A stretch of DNA of 64,000 nt from Leptonemataceae bacterium (GTDB lineage: Bacteria > Spirochaetota > Leptospiria > Leptospirales > Leptonemataceae). A program made the translations under genes and the position numbers. Below the pieces are notes generated by a model. That model ran no database searches, was not told where the DNA came from, and saw only the letters and a list, made by a program, of their open reading frames with translations. This document shows, piece by piece, positions 61,850 through 64,000 of the stretch (the stretch's first letter is position 1; every line of letters starts with the position of its first letter). The DNA lies in assembly GCA_965227295.1 (NCBI GenBank), contig OZ245742.1:1888001-1952000 (forward strand). The letters run 5' to 3'.

Positions 61850-62375
61850 ATTTCGCTCCGTTCGTCGGCTGGAATCAGCCGTACCCAAAAATCCTTAATA
61901 TACACTGGCCTTCACTTACTTCACGATCCGGAGCGTGTGCGAACTACCCGGGCGTTTCCGGTAGTTCAAGAGTTGCGGTTCACGGCGTTTGCCGGGATGA
62001 ACATGAAGTAAGTTGCAGTATAGTGAAGGGGATCTTTTGGCTACGGCTGAGCGGGAGTTGTGGATTTTCGTTTTGTTAAGACTGTCCGTCTCGACCCGGA
62101 CGCGGATTTGCGGTTCAGCTACCGTAACGTCTCTTGCGACGCCGCCGCCGGGGAATTATGCTTTCCGCCGATGCGGAAAGCCGGCGGTTCAGAACTCTCG
62201 CTGAAGCGAGAATTCTGCCGGTCCGCCTTACCACGTCCCCCGGCCCAACCTCCGTTCGTCAGCTGGAACCAGTTGTACCCATGAAAGGCTTAATTTAAAC
62301 TCACCGCCACTTACCTTGCGGTTCGGGGCGTGTCTGAACGTTCAGCGAGTTTTCGGTGGTTCAAGAGCTGCGGTT
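61850..62375. repeat. structured repeat array (locus 2, diverged copies of the 331-bp unit)
   Basis: Shares GGCTACGGCTGAGCGGGAGTTGTGGATTTTCGTTTTG, GTCCGCCTTACCACGTCCCCCGGCCCAACCTCC and other blocks with locus 1. Confidence 0.88.
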
Positions 62376-64000
62376 ACATGGCACGAATCCGCGGCTCGCG
62401 CTGCGTCACGGGATGTAACTTCCACATCTCATTCGCATACTGGCGAATCGTTCGGTCCGAGGAAAACTTACCGGAGCGAGCGGAGTTGAGGATCGAACGT
62501 CGCGTCCAGTGACTCGCATTCTGGTAGTCCGCGGAAATTCGGTCCTGGATGTCGCAGTAGGCATCGAAGTCCGCCAGCAGAAGATAGTGATCTCCGCCGT
62601 AGACCAGGGCATGAAAGATCTCCTGAAAGATACCGGGCTCGCGGCGATTGAAGTAGTTGCCGCGCACGGCTTCGAGGACGCGGTGCACGCGTTCGTTTTG
62701 TTCGTAGATTTCCACGGGGTTGTAGCCGTTCGTACGAAGATGCTCGACTTCCTCGGTGGTCTTGCCGAAGATGTAAACGTTCGCCGCGCCGGCTTCTTCC
62801 AGAATCTCCACGTTTGCGCCGTCCAGCGTGCCCACGGTGAGCGCGCCGTTTAACATGAACTTCATGTTGCCGGTGCCCGAAGCTTCCATGCCCGCCGTAG
62901 ATATTTGTTCGCTGAGGTCGGCCGCCGGAAAGATGCGCTCGGCGAGACTTACGCGATAGTTCGGAAGAAACACCACTTTCAGAAGATCGCCGATGTCCGT
63001 GTCGGCGTTGATCACCTCGGCCACGCTGCAAATCAACTTGATGATCATGCGCGCGCGATGATAGCCCGGCGCCGCTTTGCCGGCGAAGATCACCGTGCGC
63101 GGGGCGTAGCTGTTGCGATAACCGGCGTCGCTCTTGAGTCGCTGGTACTCGGAGATCACGCGTAAGATGTTCAGGTGCTGGCGCTTGTACTCGTGGATGC
63201 GTTTGATCTGCACGTCGAACATGGAATGCGGGGAAACGTGCACGCCGGTTTCGAACTGAATGATCTTCGCCAGTTGCTCCTTGTTATGCAGTTTCACCCG
63301 GCGCCAGTCTTCCTGAAAGCCCGCGTCGCTTGCGTGATCATCCAGGGCGCGTATTTCGTCCAGGTCCTTCTGCCAGCCCCGGCCGATGCGCGCGATGATC
63401 AAATCCGCCAGATCGGGGTTGGCCGACGGCAGCCAGCGGCGATGCGTAATCCCGTTCGTTTTGTTTTGAATAAGGTCGGGCCGCAACTCGTGGAAGTCCC
63501 GAAAGACGCGCTCCTGAATGATCTTCGTATGCAGCGCCGCCACCCCGTTCACGGCCGACGAACCGATGCACGCCAGGTTCGCCATGCGCACCTTTTGTAC
63601 GGAACCTTCTTCGATGATCGACAGACTGCGGATCTTCGCGTCGTCCACGCCCTGTTCGCGGAGTTCGTCGAGGAAGCGTTGGTTGATTTCGTAAATGATT
63701 TCCAGGTGCCGCGGGAGCAGCTCTTCGAAGAGTTCCACGTCCCATTTTTCGAGGGCCTCGGGCATGACCGTGTGATTCGTATATGCAAGCGAGCGCCGGG
63801 TTAGATCAAACGCGCGATGCCAGTCCAGCAGATGTTCATCCACCAGGATGCGCATCAGTTCGGCGACGGCGACGGCCGGATGCGTATCGTTCATCTGGAA
63901 AAACACACGTTCGGGTAGTCGGTCCCAGTCATCGCCTTCTTCGGCCTGGAAGGTCGCGAGGGCGTCCTGTACCGTGGCGGCGACCAGTAAGTACTCCTGC
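62374..64000 (-). CDS. glgP: glycogen/starch phosphorylase (5' end outside the window)
   Basis: QMNDTHP; AYTNHT; NKTNGIT; KRIHEYKRQ; EASGTGNMK; FSSDRTI. Confidence 0.96.
   Translation of the reverse strand, partial: QEYLLVAATVQDALATFQAEEGDDWDRLPERVFFQMNDTHPAVAVAELMRILVDEHLLDWHRAFDLTRRSLAYTNHTVMPEALEKWDVELFEELLPRHLEIIYEINQRFLDELREQGVDDAKIRSLSIIEEGSVQKVRMANLACIGSSAVNGVAALHTKIIQERVFRDFHELRPDLIQNKTNGITHRRWLPSANPDLADLIIARIGRGWQKDLDEIRALDDHASDAGFQEDWRRVKLHNKEQLAKIIQFETGVHVSPHSMFDVQIKRIHEYKRQHLNILRVISEYQRLKSDAGYRNSYAPRTVIFAGKAAPGYHRARMIIKLICSVAEVINADTDIGDLLKVVFLPNYRVSLAERIFPAADLSEQISTAGMEASGTGNMKFMLNGALTVGTLDGANVEILEEAGAANVYIFGKTTEEVEHLRTNGYNPVEIYEQNERVHRVLEAVRGNYFNRREPGIFQEIFHALVYGGDHYLLLADFDAYCDIQDRISADYQNASHWTRRSILNSARSGKFSSDRTIRQYANEMWKLHPVTQREPRIRAM

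Overview
This 64-kb GC-rich bacterial window is mostly core chromosome. Gene content and order (ispE-tRNA-Gln-glmU-prs-rplY-pth-ftsH, gltX with upstream lipoproteins, many Cys-lipobox proteins) suggest a Leptospirales-type spirochaete; that assignment is inference. From left to right it holds two NarL-type regulators and a degenerate sensor kinase, a chemosensory operon ending in an EAL phosphodiesterase, and transport/hydrolase genes. A decayed island (about 16.7-19.6 kb) at the 3' end of tRNA-Ser(GGA) carries a 146-nt tRNA-like RNA with a 78-nt variable region. Next come a ClpA/B-like double AAA+ ATPase fused to a release-factor-like domain lacking GGQ, housekeeping genes (including a Pth with degenerate catalytic residues and a split GlmU), bfd-bfr with a Fur box, a type III PKS / methyltransferase / ACP / FAAL / flavoprotein cluster, and the 3' part of glycogen phosphorylase. 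Three families of structured intergenic repeats are present, including a 331-bp tandem unit found at two loci. No CRISPR array, intact transposase/integrase or reverse transcriptase was seen. All calls were made by eye, with no database searches.
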